20,000 bases of DNA from an uncultured virus (IMG/VR IMGVR_UViG_3300005537_000025) (IMGVR_UViG_3300005537_000025), one strand, 5' to 3'; shown: positions 1 to 9,067, counted from the stretch's first letter. Notes: generated from the sequence alone by a model not told the origin. Made by a program: numbers and translations.

Positions 1-47
1 CCGCTCTGGTGGCGCGTGATCCACCCGGCAGCGAAGTGGAGGTAGTC

Positions 48-284
48 GTGAGCAGTGAGGACGAGGCAGCCGCCGCGCCGAAGGCAGTGCGCCTGTCGGT
101 CAACATCAGCGCCGGGACGGCGGCCACGTTCCGCTCTCTCATCGCCGCTAAGGGCGTCACCGCGACCGAGGGAGTACGCCGTGCTATCGCCGTGTGGGCG
201 TTCTGCGAAGAGGAGACCGCGGCGGGGAACAGGCTCGCGGTCATCGAGCACGACGGCACCGTGCGGGAGGTGGAGCTGACATGA
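48..284 (+). CDS. Ribbon-helix-helix (CopG-like) DNA-binding protein
   Basis: GTG at 48 after GGAGG; VRLSVNIS beta-strand followed by two helices (…KGVTATEGVRRAIAVW); stop overlaps next start (ATGA). Confidence 0.75.
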   Translation: MSSEDEAAAAPKAVRLSVNISAGTAATFRSLIAAKGVTATEGVRRAIAVWAFCEEETAAGNRLAVIEHDGTVREVELT

Positions 285-688
285 GCAGCGGCGAGCAGGA
301 GTACGCCTCGCATGACGGCGACGTCGCCGGACTGTCCGGAGCGGTCGTCACCGGGCCGGGACTCCCCGGCATCACGGCCGGAAGCGCAGTGTGCTGGGAG
401 GAGGGCGGCCACGCGGCCTGCGATGCCGAGATCGTCCGCCTGGCCGCCGAGCTGGCCGGTGCGCGTTCCGCTGCCGCCTCAGACCGGGGCCGTGCCAAGG
501 CGGCCGACGCGAAGCTGGCGGCGATCGTGGCGTACTGCCAGGCGAAGGCCGACGACCTCAGCGCCTCAATGCCGATGCGGGTCCGCCCGGATGACATGAA
601 GATCAGCGCCGGGGATGTCCTGGCGATCATCAGCGGCGGGCGCGACCAGGACCCGGCACCGACCACCGAACCCGAGAACGGAGCCTGA
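281..688 (+). CDS. Hypothetical phage protein
   Basis: ATG 281 in ATGA overlap with upstream stop, GGAG upstream; GC3-rich frame. Confidence 0.65.
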   Translation: MSSGEQEYASHDGDVAGLSGAVVTGPGLPGITAGSAVCWEEGGHAACDAEIVRLAAELAGARSAAASDRGRAKAADAKLAAIVAYCQAKADDLSASMPMRVRPDDMKISAGDVLAIISGGRDQDPAPTTEPENGA

Positions 689-691
689 CCG

Positions 692-1051
692 ATGACCGAC
701 TACAGGACCGTGCAGGACGCGCTTAAGGCGGGCACCGACCCGGCGATGCTGTGCGCGACCTGCCCGTGGGACCGCAACTGCTTCTCGCCCCCGGCGCTGA
801 CTCAGGCCGATATCGACCAGCGCATAGCCGAGGCCGGGCGGGTGGACGACCAGCGAGCCGCATCTGCCGTCGCTGCCGGCCGCGACCCCGGAATGCCGAC
901 CGGGACGCTGCTGACTGCGCTCGTATTCGCCGGCAAGGACACGAGCGCGCAGGTGTGCCCCGTCTTCGCGCTGCGGCTGCGGTCCAGCGACGGCCGGAAG
1001 CTGGCCGACACGCTCAAGGGCCTGGTGCAGGAATGGGACGACCAGTCATGA
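692..1051 (+). CDS. Hypothetical phage protein with Cys motif (CATCPWDRNC…VCP)
   Basis: 119-aa ORF, GGAG upstream, coupled to next gene by ATGA. Confidence 0.75.
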   Translation: MTDYRTVQDALKAGTDPAMLCATCPWDRNCFSPPALTQADIDQRIAEAGRVDDQRAASAVAAGRDPGMPTGTLLTALVFAGKDTSAQVCPVFALRLRSSDGRKLADTLKGLVQEWDDQS

Positions 1052-1977
1052 CCGGGACTTCACCAGGCCGTGCCGCCTGCGAGGCGTACGGCGAGATCTG
1101 GGCCAACCAGGGATCAATACGATGGTCCCTCTGGGAAGACGCCGCCAGGGCCGCCATTTCGTCCTACATCAAGGCGAACGGCCGTGACCCGGTGGACGCC
1201 GCCAGCGTCATCACTGAGGCTGTAGTGCCCGAGCTGGCCGGAATCCGCGAGCAGCTCCGCGCGGTCTACACCGAGCGTGCCCGCCTCGTCGCGTTCCTCG
1301 CCGCCTGCTATCCATCAGTCATGCTCACCGACGACGCGGAACCGGACTGGCCCATCGTGTTCGTCGATACGCCGGCCGGCCAGCTCTCATGGCACGTCGC
1401 CAGGGCCGACCTCGGCCTGTTCGCGCATGTCCCGGCCACCGCAGAGCCGACGTGGGACGGCCATACGACCGAGGTCAAGTACGAGCGGCTGGCGGACATG
1501 ACCGCCCGGCTCGCTGAGGCTGGCGGCGTAGGCGGGATCGCCGCCGCAGTCGCGACGGCCCGGCCAGTGACCGCCGCCACCGGAGAAAACACGCCAGGCG
1601 CCCCGGAGGTCACGGCGCAACGCGTCTCGGAGTACTACGAGACGGTGGACGACCTGCGCCGCGAACTGGTCGAGGTGGTGCAGCAGTGGCGCCTGATCAA
1701 GGACACGCACCGCATCGCCCGTTACGACGAGAATGCGCCGCAGGTCCAGCGTGATGCCTACCTCACCGGCCTCATGGCCGGGAACTACGCGTACACCCTG
1801 GCGGCGGTGCTCGGCGTGGCGCAGCGGGAGTTCGGGAACGCGGTCGCGAGCCGGCTGACCTCCGTCGCGGCCGGGATCCTCACGAACGGCGACGGCAGCG
1901 ACCTGAACGCCGATGTAGTTCCGCAGCCAGAGCCGGAAGCGGCTGACGCCACACCAGGAGAGGTTGCGAGGCCATGA
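1048..1977 (+). CDS. Phage protein with WDGH-motif domain
   Basis: Start at ATGA overlap; YTERARLVAFL…PAGQLSWH…WDGHTTEVKYERL signature. Confidence 0.75.
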   Translation: MTGTSPGRAACEAYGEIWANQGSIRWSLWEDAARAAISSYIKANGRDPVDAASVITEAVVPELAGIREQLRAVYTERARLVAFLAACYPSVMLTDDAEPDWPIVFVDTPAGQLSWHVARADLGLFAHVPATAEPTWDGHTTEVKYERLADMTARLAEAGGVGGIAAAVATARPVTAATGENTPGAPEVTAQRVSEYYETVDDLRRELVEVVQQWRLIKDTHRIARYDENAPQVQRDAYLTGLMAGNYAYTLAAVLGVAQREFGNAVASRLTSVAAGILTNGDGSDLNADVVPQPEPEAADATPGEVARP

Positions 1978-2249
1978 CCCCCACCGGAGAGACCACGACC
2001 CCGGACCCGCTGGCTCGCGCGACAAGGCTGGCAGCACGCCAGCTGATCGCCGACCTCGCCGTCCAGCAGCGGCTGGTAGGCGAGTTGCAGACGCTCGCCG
2101 ACGAAAAGCTCCGTGACCTCTACAGCGGCGAGACGAAGCTCCGGGTGTTTCTGGAGCGTCTCGGCCTGCCCGCTGACGAAGCGTGGAAGGCCGGCGCGCT
2201 TGACGTCGATGCCGCTATGGCCCTGCTGAGCAAGGAGACCACGCCATGA
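1974..2249 (+). CDS. Hypothetical protein
   Basis: ATGA coupling at both ends. Confidence 0.7.
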   Translation: MTPTGETTTPDPLARATRLAARQLIADLAVQQRLVGELQTLADEKLRDLYSGETKLRVFLERLGLPADEAWKAGALDVDAAMALLSKETTP

Positions 2250-2794
2250 CTGCAACCCCCGACGCCGTCCCGATGACAGCGGCCCAGATCCGCGCCCGCA
2301 TGGACGGGATCGCCCCGTGGCCTGCTGCTGACGACCCGCACCCTGCCCGTTCCCTCGCACGGCACTTCGCGGTACAGGCCGAGTCCGCGTGGCAGGCATG
2401 GATGTACGAGGACTTCCCCGCGAACCTGGCCGCCCTGGACCAGTTCCGGTCCGGGTTCACGATCGTCACGCTCCTGGCGAGGATGGCGGCGGTCCCGTAC
2501 GTCGCCGCGCTGGCCGCCCGCGAGATCGGGGAAGCACTGACGGCGGACGGGCTAGCGGGAGAGCTGCTCGCCGGGCACCTGGCGGACCTCGGCATCGACC
2601 AGGACGAGATCGAGCGGCTGAACGACGCAGCGCGGACGCTGCGCCAGGCCGGGGAAGCCGAGGTGACAGCTGAGATCTTCACCGCGGAGGAGCTGACAGC
2701 GGCGATGGAGAAGCGGGCGTACAGCCCGGAGCACCGCGCGGAGCTTCTCGCGGCGATCCGCCGTGACCGCGAGACGGGAGGACCGAAGCGATGA
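2246..2794 (+). CDS. Hypothetical protein
   Basis: AAGGAG RBS, ATGA coupling at both ends. Confidence 0.7.
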   Translation: MTATPDAVPMTAAQIRARMDGIAPWPAADDPHPARSLARHFAVQAESAWQAWMYEDFPANLAALDQFRSGFTIVTLLARMAAVPYVAALAAREIGEALTADGLAGELLAGHLADLGIDQDEIERLNDAARTLRQAGEAEVTAEIFTAEELTAAMEKRAYSPEHRAELLAAIRRDRETGGPKR

Positions 2795-3465
2795 GCCGCT
2801 ACCGGGACGGCGACTACGACGACGACCCGGAGGCGGTCCTCGCCTACGGCAGGTGGGCGCACAACGCCCGGCAGGTGCTCAGGAGCAAGCGAGGCCGCAA
2901 GGCCCTCGCCGAGATCCGCGAGGCGCTCCTGGCGCTGCCTGAGCGCCGCCTGATCTCTGGGGCGATGTGCACCGTCGGCACGGTCGACGTTCGCCTGCCG
3001 GAGATCACCGACGCCGACGTCGAGCGGGACGCGGATGAGAGCCGCGAGTACATCCGGTCCTCCGGCTGGACACCCCGCGATCTGGACGGCTACCTGGAGG
3101 AACGCGCGCGGAATCTCCGCTACGAGCGGCAGGCCGAGCGGGAGGCGCTGGCCGGGAAGCAAGCCGAGCAGGGCTGCGGGGTGTGCGTCAACGGTGCCCT
3201 GCTCTGGTACCGGAAGGTCCGCGACGGCATGGACCCCGACGAGGCGTTCGCCTCGCTGCCCATCCTGATCGACGGCGAGGACGGCGGCGACCCGCTCGCG
3301 GAAACCGCCGGCCTTGCCGAGAAGGAAGCAGGCATCGCGTACACGCTGGCCTGGCAGCTGGCCTACCGCAACGACGAGACCTATGAGCTCAAGACCCCCG
3401 AGGAGCGCTGGACGGCGTTCATGGAGTGGATCGACGGCCTGCTGGCGGAAAGTGCGGCGGCATGA
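2791..3465 (+). CDS. Conserved phage hypothetical protein (…KRGRKALAEIREALLALPERRLI…NDE…TPEERW family)
   Basis: Resembles a widespread phage family recalled from its motifs; ATGA coupling. Confidence 0.75.
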   Translation: MSRYRDGDYDDDPEAVLAYGRWAHNARQVLRSKRGRKALAEIREALLALPERRLISGAMCTVGTVDVRLPEITDADVERDADESREYIRSSGWTPRDLDGYLEERARNLRYERQAEREALAGKQAEQGCGVCVNGALLWYRKVRDGMDPDEAFASLPILIDGEDGGDPLAETAGLAEKEAGIAYTLAWQLAYRNDETYELKTPEERWTAFMEWIDGLLAESAAA

Positions 3466-3896
3466 CGACCATCATCGAATGCCCGATCGCCGCCTGCCCG
3501 TGGACCCTTGCCGCCGATGCGCCGACTGTGCGGGCTTCGGCGCTGGCGGACGTGTTCGGCGTGGGCATGATGACCCTCGTATCGGCGCAGGGGCACGCAG
3601 AGAAGATCGAGCGGGAGCTGTCGGACCACTTCGGCACCCACCGGCTTGAGGAGTGGGTCGCGGAGATCACCCGGCTGAAAGACGAGGTGGCAGGGCGGCG
3701 GGACAACAGCACCAGAGCCTCCGTTGATGGTATCCATGGCGAGCTGCTCGCGGCGTCCGTGTCCTGCTCTGCCTGGCTCGCTGAGCACGAGGGCGGCGAC
3801 GAGAGCCAGCGCCACGTCGTGTGGTCGGTGCACCAGGGACTGCTCGGGTACCTGCTCCTGGTCCGCGCGCTGATGGATGCCAGGAGGGTGTCATGA
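3462..3896 (+). CDS. Hypothetical protein (CxxxxC…HxxxH)
   Basis: ATG 3462 in ATGA overlap; coupled to next gene. Confidence 0.65.
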   Translation: MTTIIECPIAACPWTLAADAPTVRASALADVFGVGMMTLVSAQGHAEKIERELSDHFGTHRLEEWVAEITRLKDEVAGRRDNSTRASVDGIHGELLAASVSCSAWLAEHEGGDESQRHVVWSVHQGLLGYLLLVRALMDARRVS

Positions 3897-4111
3897 CCTT
3901 CCAGCGCCGCGAGCAGAACGGACCCTTCTCCGGCCCGGCGGTCCTCCTCTCGGTACCCGAGATCCACCACGCCTGTACATGCACGTGGGTGCCAGCGGTG
4001 TACAAGAAGGACGGGACGTCCAGGATGACACTGAAGTACCGCTCCGGCGCGTGCCCGGCCGTCACGTTCCACCGCAGGCTGGCCAGCGCGCAGGACGGGA
4101 GCGTCTCATGA
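3893..4111 (+). CDS. Small hypothetical protein (HACTCTW…CP)
   Basis: AGGAGG RBS, ATGA overlaps at both ends. Confidence 0.7.
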   Translation: MTFQRREQNGPFSGPAVLLSVPEIHHACTCTWVPAVYKKDGTSRMTLKYRSGACPAVTFHRRLASAQDGSVS

Positions 4112-4464
4112 CCGCCGCTGATCTTGCCGCAACCCTCCGTGACCTCCGGGTCGGCCTCGGCATCTCGCAGGAGCAGGCAGCGGCCCGCCTCGGGATACGC
4201 CGGTCAGCGGTCAGCGAGATAGAGCGCGGCAACAGGCGGGTGTCCGCCGAGGAGCTGGCCGCGTTCGCCGCGCTGTACCTGACGACAGCGGATGCGCTCC
4301 TCGCAGGCCACGGTGTGCCGGCCGCTTCTCGCTGCCGGGCTGCGGAGGGCATGGTCACGGTGCCCCGTGCGGAGCTGGAGACCGTCCTGGCCGGGTTCCG
4401 GCCGCTCAGCGACGGCGAGAATGATGCGCTGAAGCGGCTGCTCGACATCGTGGAGCCGTCGTGA
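4108..4464 (+). CDS. XRE-family helix-turn-helix transcriptional regulator
   Basis: LRDLRVGLGISQEQAAARLGIRRSAVSEIERGNRRVSAEEL, a canonical HTH_3 pattern. Confidence 0.9.
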   Translation: MTAADLAATLRDLRVGLGISQEQAAARLGIRRSAVSEIERGNRRVSAEELAAFAALYLTTADALLAGHGVPAASRCRAAEGMVTVPRAELETVLAGFRPLSDGENDALKRLLDIVEPS

Positions 4465-4988
4465 TCGCCGGGCAGCCCGAGACGGCGCCGGGGCAGCCTT
4501 CCGGCATGTGGTGCGACACCTTCGACGCTGACCTCCTGGCCGTCGTGCCGGGAGCGGCTGAGGCGCTCGGCCCGGCCGGCGGATTGCGCCTGATGACTTA
4601 CAGCCGGCTGACGAACGGCAGGATCAACCACCCGTCGTGCTGGAGCACCTATGAGGGGTTCGCGGCGTTCTTCTGGACCGCAGAGGAGCACCGGCCGGAT
4701 GCATCCTGGAGCACCGACGCCCCTGTCGCGGAGTGCACGTTCCTGGAGGCAGTCCGCGACGAGTGGGTGCACTCGTGCGCCATCGTCGTGAACGGCCGCG
4801 TCGTGTGGCGCCCTCCCGTCCGGCTGATGCAGAAGCTGATGTACGACCTGCGCGGCTGGACCCCGCTCGCCGATGAGGAGCGCGAGCGGATCCGCGGGGA
4901 CGTGCGGTGCTCGCTCACATCGGCCGCCAGGCGGCTGGCCAGAGTGCCCAGCGTCCCGGCCCTCATTGACAAGGGAGCACCGTTCTGA
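4461..4988 (+). CDS. Hypothetical protein
   Basis: GTGA overlap upstream, TGATG overlap downstream. Confidence 0.65.
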   Translation: MIAGQPETAPGQPSGMWCDTFDADLLAVVPGAAEALGPAGGLRLMTYSRLTNGRINHPSCWSTYEGFAAFFWTAEEHRPDASWSTDAPVAECTFLEAVRDEWVHSCAIVVNGRVVWRPPVRLMQKLMYDLRGWTPLADEERERIRGDVRCSLTSAARRLARVPSVPALIDKGAPF

Positions 4989-5239
4989 TGATCCGCTGCG
5001 AGATGTCGGATCTTCCCCCGGAGATGTGCGGCCACTGCACTGGTGCCGAGGAACGGGCACGCGCCGGGGAGCACCACCCGGTCATGCCCGGCTCGCCGTG
5101 GTTCCGGGCCGGCTATCCGGGTTCCTGCTCCGGCTGCGGCGGCCGGATCGCTCTCGGGGACAAGATCCGCGCCGACGGCGAAGGCGGCTACTGCTGCCAG
5201 GAGTGCGGCGCTGCCAAGGCGCTTGAGGAGCTGTTCTAG
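4988..5239 (+). CDS. Small Cys-rich (probable Zn-binding) phage protein
   Basis: CEMSDL…CGHC, CSGC, CCQEC motifs; AAGGGAG RBS. Confidence 0.75.
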   Translation: MIRCEMSDLPPEMCGHCTGAEERARAGEHHPVMPGSPWFRAGYPGSCSGCGGRIALGDKIRADGEGGYCCQECGAAKALEELF

Positions 5240-5241
5240 CC

Positions 5242-6084
5242 GTGAAGCCCCCCTTTACGTATTTCGGCGGCAAGACGCGGATTGCCGCCGAGATCGCCTC
5301 GCTGCTGCCGCAGCACGAGCATTACGTCGAGCCGTTCGCGGGAAGCCTGGCGGTCCTGCTGGCCAAGCCGCAGTCGATGATGGAGACGGTCAGTGACCTC
5401 GACGGCGATCTCGTGGCGTTCTGGCGTACGCTGCGGGAACGCCCGGACGACCTTGAGCGCGCATGCTTCCTGACTCCGCACTCGCGGGCAGAGCACGCTG
5501 ACGCCATCCGGATCGCGGAAGGCACGGACGAGCTGGAGCGGGCCCGCCGCGTGTGGATACGGCTCACCCAGGGCCGGAGCGGGCAGCTGCACCACCTCAC
5601 CGGCTGGAGGCACTACCAGGATGCGCGCGGCTCGCGGACCACGATGCCGGACTATCTCGCGGCCTACGCCGGGCGGATCGCTCCCGCTGCGGCAAGGCTC
5701 GCGGGTGTCTCGCTGGAATGCCTGCCCGCGCTGGAGGTCATCAGCCGCTACGGCCGCCACGAGAACGTCCTGATTTACGCCGATCCTCCGTATCTGGAGG
5801 AGACCCGCTCGTCGGCCGGCCGCGGCCCGTCGTACCAGCACGAGATGCGCACCGAGGCTGAGCACGCAGAGCTTGCCGAGGCGCTGCTGGCGGCCCGGGC
5901 GGCAGTCGTCCTGTCGGGCTACGACTCGCCGCTGTACTCATCGGCCTACGATGGCTGGCACCGGGTCGAGTTCCCGGCGTTCACCGGCAACTCGCACGAC
6001 GGGACCGCGCGGCGAACCGAGGTTCTGTGGTCGAACCGCCCGTTCGCGCAGGGCAGCCTGTTCGACGGGCTGGAGACGGCGTGA
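5242..6084 (+). CDS. DNA adenine methyltransferase, D12/Dam-like class (orphan)
   Basis: YFGGK, YVEPFAG (SAM binding), YADPPY (catalytic motif IV), LSGY and TEVLWSN motifs; GAGGAG RBS. Confidence 0.93.
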   Translation: MKPPFTYFGGKTRIAAEIASLLPQHEHYVEPFAGSLAVLLAKPQSMMETVSDLDGDLVAFWRTLRERPDDLERACFLTPHSRAEHADAIRIAEGTDELERARRVWIRLTQGRSGQLHHLTGWRHYQDARGSRTTMPDYLAAYAGRIAPAAARLAGVSLECLPALEVISRYGRHENVLIYADPPYLEETRSSAGRGPSYQHEMRTEAEHAELAEALLAARAAVVLSGYDSPLYSSAYDGWHRVEFPAFTGNSHDGTARRTEVLWSNRPFAQGSLFDGLETA

Positions 6085-6632
6085 CCCTCCGCATCGTCAC
6101 CGTCTCCCGCGACGACGCGAAAGCGTTCACCGCGATGTGGCACCGGCACCACGGCCACGTCCTCCCGGCCAGCCACAAGTTCAGTGTCGGCGTGGCGGAC
6201 GACGCGGATGTCCTGCTAGGCGTGGCGATCAGCGGCAGGCCGAGCGGCCCGGGCAACCAGGACGGCGTGACGCTGGAGGTGACCCGCTGCACGACGGACG
6301 GCACCGATAATGCCTGCTCCATGCTCTACGGTGCCGCCGCCCGGGCCGCGAAGGCGCTCGGGTGGGGCCGGATCATCACGTACACGCAGGAAGGCGAGTC
6401 GAGGGCCAGCCTGCGGGCCGCCGGCTTCGTGCTCATCGCCGAGCGCAGGCCGCGGACTGACCACTTCGAGTCGTCGCGGCGGTACCGCGAGGACCACGGG
6501 ACCGGCGGAGTTACCCGGTACCTGTGGGAGCGGGTGCTGAACCCGTCGGCCAGGCCGTGGACGTCGGTTTCCCGGCCGGCGCAGGCTGCCTGCCGGGAGA
6601 TGCCGCTGACGCTCTGGGATGGGGCGGCGTGA
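6081..6632 (+). CDS. XF1762-family (Mom-like, GNAT-related) protein
   Basis: WHRHH, HKFSVGV, GVAISGRP, TLEVTRCTTDG, NACSMLYGAA, IITYT…ESxASLRAAGF; GTGA-coupled to the methylase. Confidence 0.8.
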   Translation: MTLRIVTVSRDDAKAFTAMWHRHHGHVLPASHKFSVGVADDADVLLGVAISGRPSGPGNQDGVTLEVTRCTTDGTDNACSMLYGAAARAAKALGWGRIITYTQEGESRASLRAAGFVLIAERRPRTDHFESSRRYREDHGTGGVTRYLWERVLNPSARPWTSVSRPAQAACREMPLTLWDGAA

Positions 6633-6637
6633 GCGGG

Positions 6638-6847
6638 CTACGCGGGAGCTTCGTCAGCAATGAGGCGACCGCGCCCCCGTGCCCACTCTTCCACGTCGGC
6701 GCGCTTCCAGACCTTCCCCATCGCGAGCGTTACCTCGGGTACAGGAAAGTCGTGGCGCTTGATGAGCTGCTGTACCCGCTGGCGGCCGACACCGAGCATT
6801 GCCCCAATCTCCTGGGAGCCGACGAGATGGTGCACGGCAAGAACCAT
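6638..6847 (-). CDS. AlpA/MerR-like HTH DNA-binding protein
   Basis: LVGSQEIGAMLGVGRQRVQQLIKRHDFPVPEVTLAMGKVWKRADVEEW; start is ATG 6847 or GTG 6835. Confidence 0.85.
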   Translation of the reverse strand: MVLAVHHLVGSQEIGAMLGVGRQRVQQLIKRHDFPVPEVTLAMGKVWKRADVEEWARGRGRLIADEAPA

Positions 6848-6859
6848 AGTCTCGATGCT

Positions 6860-6913
6860 ACTAGGCACTTGACTAGAGGGCAATGTCCGCGCAATACTAG
6901 TCACATGACTAGT
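6860..6913. promoter_or_regulatory. Divergent promoter region with two palindromic operators
   Basis: ACTAGGCA-CT-TGACTAGA (6860-6877) and perfect ACTAGTCA-CA-TGACTAGT (6896-6913); TTGACT 6869-6874, N18, AATACT 6893-6898, ATG at 6905. Confidence 0.7.
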
Positions 6914-7078
6914 GCAGCCGAGGACGACCGCTGGACGTCCGCCCACCAGAACGCCGCTGAGCGCCTGTTCGGCAAGACGGACGGTGATGTCCTCACGGAC
7001 GCGGAAGACGACGCCTGCTGCGCGGAAGCAGACCGCGAGGTCGCCGCCGAGGCGTGGTACCAGGGACAGGAGGGCTGA
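6905..7078 (+). CDS. Small acidic hypothetical protein (57 aa), probably leaderless
   Basis: ATG 6905 lies 6 nt after the putative -10; MTSAAEDDRW…. Confidence 0.6.
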   Translation: MTSAAEDDRWTSAHQNAAERLFGKTDGDVLTDAEDDACCAEADREVAAEAWYQGQEG

Positions 7079-7081
7079 TCG

Positions 7082-7270
7082 GTGACTGCCAAGAAGACCC
7101 CCGCCGACATCATCTTCGCGGCAATCGCCCCGAAAGTGGACCGGACCGAAGTCCGCGAGTTCCTGGTGAAGCACGCCAGCGCCGCAGTGCTTGTGACTGA
7201 TGAGCGCGTCGAGACCTTCGCCTGCGCGCTTGAGGAGTACATCGCTGAAGGCCCGGACGGGGAGGACTGA
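7082..7270 (+). CDS. Hypothetical protein
   Basis: GGAGG RBS, tight spacing with neighbours. Confidence 0.65.
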   Translation: MTAKKTPADIIFAAIAPKVDRTEVREFLVKHASAAVLVTDERVETFACALEEYIAEGPDGED

Positions 7271-7273
7271 CTG

Positions 7274-7843
7274 ATGGGACGACTGCACCACCTGATCGCG
7301 GACACCCTCGCAGCCGAGCTGCTCGCCCGGCGCGAGTGGGACGAGGCCCCCGCCCTGTGCTTCCTGTACGTGGAGGGCGGCAAGCCCCGGATCTCCGCCC
7401 TTCCGCTGCCCGACGAGATGTGGTCGGCGGACCGGCCGCCGGCCGTGCTCGCGCGGTTCGCCGCGATCAGCACGAGTCAGTCCTCGCTGCTGTCCAGTGT
7501 TGCGCCGGAAGGGCTCCACGGTGCCGCGTTCCGCTGCGAGGCGTGGGAGATCGACGGCGGCAAGCCCGGTACGGCGCGGCGGAGCGAGGCTCTGGCCGAC
7601 TCCATGGCGCACCGCATCGAGCAGCGCCCTGACGCGAGGGAGATCCGCTCGATCTACGCGGTTGACCGCGCCGGGATCACCTACGCCGCAGTCCAGCGGT
7701 GGGGCGAGGATGACGTCCGCCGCAGCATCGCGTTCCCGGGGGCCGGGAACGGCTTCTCCGGCACGATCCCGCGTGCGCTGGACCAGATCGTAACCGCGGT
7801 CCTCGGCGTGGCGATGCCGAACAGGGAGGGGACTGGCCGGTGA
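7274..7843 (+). CDS. Hypothetical protein
   Basis: GGAGG RBS, GTGA overlap downstream. Confidence 0.75.
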   Translation: MGRLHHLIADTLAAELLARREWDEAPALCFLYVEGGKPRISALPLPDEMWSADRPPAVLARFAAISTSQSSLLSSVAPEGLHGAAFRCEAWEIDGGKPGTARRSEALADSMAHRIEQRPDAREIRSIYAVDRAGITYAAVQRWGEDDVRRSIAFPGAGNGFSGTIPRALDQIVTAVLGVAMPNREGTGR

Positions 7844-8223
7844 CCAGTACCCGGACCCGCCTCACCCCGGTCGAGATAACCGAGCAGCACCCGTCGTTCC
7901 GCACCGGCCGGACCGAGGCTTGGGCGGCAGTCTCGAAGGACGGCGAGTACGCCTTCACGCGAGTCGAGGACACCGGAACCCCGTGGACGGTTGAGCACCT
8001 GCCGACCGGCACCGACTGCGGCCTGTTCTCCTCGCTGCCCAAGGCGCGGCGAGCAACAGCAGACGGTTCCGCGCTGGCATCCGCTGAGCGACCGCTGCCG
8101 CCGGAGCTCGCCGCCCTCCGTGCTGACCTGATCGCTTCCGGGTGGACCGCTGATTCCCCGGCCGTGCCGGACCGCGAGACCAAAGATCTTTATGCGCAAG
8201 AGCGCACCGACTACGAGGACTGA
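7840..8223 (+). CDS. Hypothetical protein
   Basis: GGAGG RBS; coupled at both ends. Confidence 0.7.
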   Translation: MTSTRTRLTPVEITEQHPSFRTGRTEAWAAVSKDGEYAFTRVEDTGTPWTVEHLPTGTDCGLFSSLPKARRATADGSALASAERPLPPELAALRADLIASGWTADSPAVPDRETKDLYAQERTDYED

Positions 8224-8402
8224 TGATGGACAAGACTGCGGCTTTCAAGCTCAGCATCGCCTTCCTGTGCACCTTCTGGGGCACAGCGGTGCTCACCCAC
8301 CAGCACCACCTGAGCGCCCTGGTCCCGACCCTGGGCTACTTCCTGCTGATCTACGGCATCGGCCTGACAATCATGTCTGTCCTCTTCGGGAGAAGGTCAT
8401 GA
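8223..8402 (+). CDS. Small two-TM membrane protein (59 aa; absent from the ORF track)
   Basis: MMDKTAAFKLSIAFLCTFWGTAVLTHQHHLSALVPTLGYFLLIYGIGLTIMSVLFGRRS; TGATG overlap upstream and ATGA overlap downstream fill the gap exactly. Confidence 0.75.
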   Translation: MMDKTAAFKLSIAFLCTFWGTAVLTHQHHLSALVPTLGYFLLIYGIGLTIMSVLFGRRS

Positions 8403-8722
8403 CCCACAAGCCCCCCACCCCGCAGGGCATCAGCGCCCTGCTGAAGCGTGCCGGTTTTGAGCGGTCCGAGTCGAGCGCGACCGGCGTCAAGGGCTGGCGC
8501 AACCACAGTGAGGGCTACGTCGTCCGCGGCTACGAGAGCGGTCGTGTGCACGTCGGGCACGAGGACGGTCGGTTCCACTCCGCTGACGCCGACCGCCAGC
8601 GCTCCGCCGAGATGGAGGAGCGTTACGCGCAGGTCATCGAGGCGGCCGGGTACGCGGTTGAGCGCAGCGGGGAGGCGGGCGGGTACTTCAGCCGCCTGAT
8701 CGTCACCGCACGGAAGGACTGA
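8399..8722 (+). CDS. Hypothetical protein
   Basis: ATG 8399 in ATGA overlap; MTHKPPTPQGISALLKRAGF…. Confidence 0.7.
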   Translation: MTHKPPTPQGISALLKRAGFERSESSATGVKGWRNHSEGYVVRGYESGRVHVGHEDGRFHSADADRQRSAEMEERYAQVIEAAGYAVERSGEAGGYFSRLIVTARKD

Positions 8723-8725
8723 CTG

Positions 8726-9067
8726 ATGGGGACCAACTATTACGTCCGCCCCGAGGGTGCGTGCGAGAAGCAGTGCTCGCGCTGGGTTCACCTCGGAAAG
8801 TCCAGCACCGGTTGGGCTTTCACGTTCCGCGCCTACCCGAACCCCGAATGGGACGGCCCGGATGTGGTTACCGAGCCGGTGAACGACTTCGCGTCCTGGC
8901 GGAAGCTGCTGGACCTCGGCGGTATCTACGACGAGCACGGCCGCCAGGTACCGGAGGCGGACCTGCTCAAGCTGATCGAGGACCGGCGCGGCGGCCGGAA
9001 CGACCTGAACCGGGGCGAGCATCTTGACGCGGAGGGAAACCGGTTCGTGCCGGGTGAGTTCTCGTGA
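8726..9067 (+). CDS. Conserved phage hypothetical protein (MGTNYY…HLGKSSxGW…F family)
   Basis: Recognisable N-terminal and HxGKSSxGW motifs; AAGGA RBS. Confidence 0.8.
   Translation: MGTNYYVRPEGACEKQCSRWVHLGKSSTGWAFTFRAYPNPEWDGPDVVTEPVNDFASWRKLLDLGGIYDEHGRQVPEADLLKLIEDRRGGRNDLNRGEHLDAEGNRFVPGEFS

Noticed and set aside
1753..1772. Self-target of spacer 13 (GATGCCTACCTCACCGGCCT)
   Set aside because: Partial match explained by similar codons (DAYL.GL) and it does not extend; I saw no full self-targeting spacer by eye
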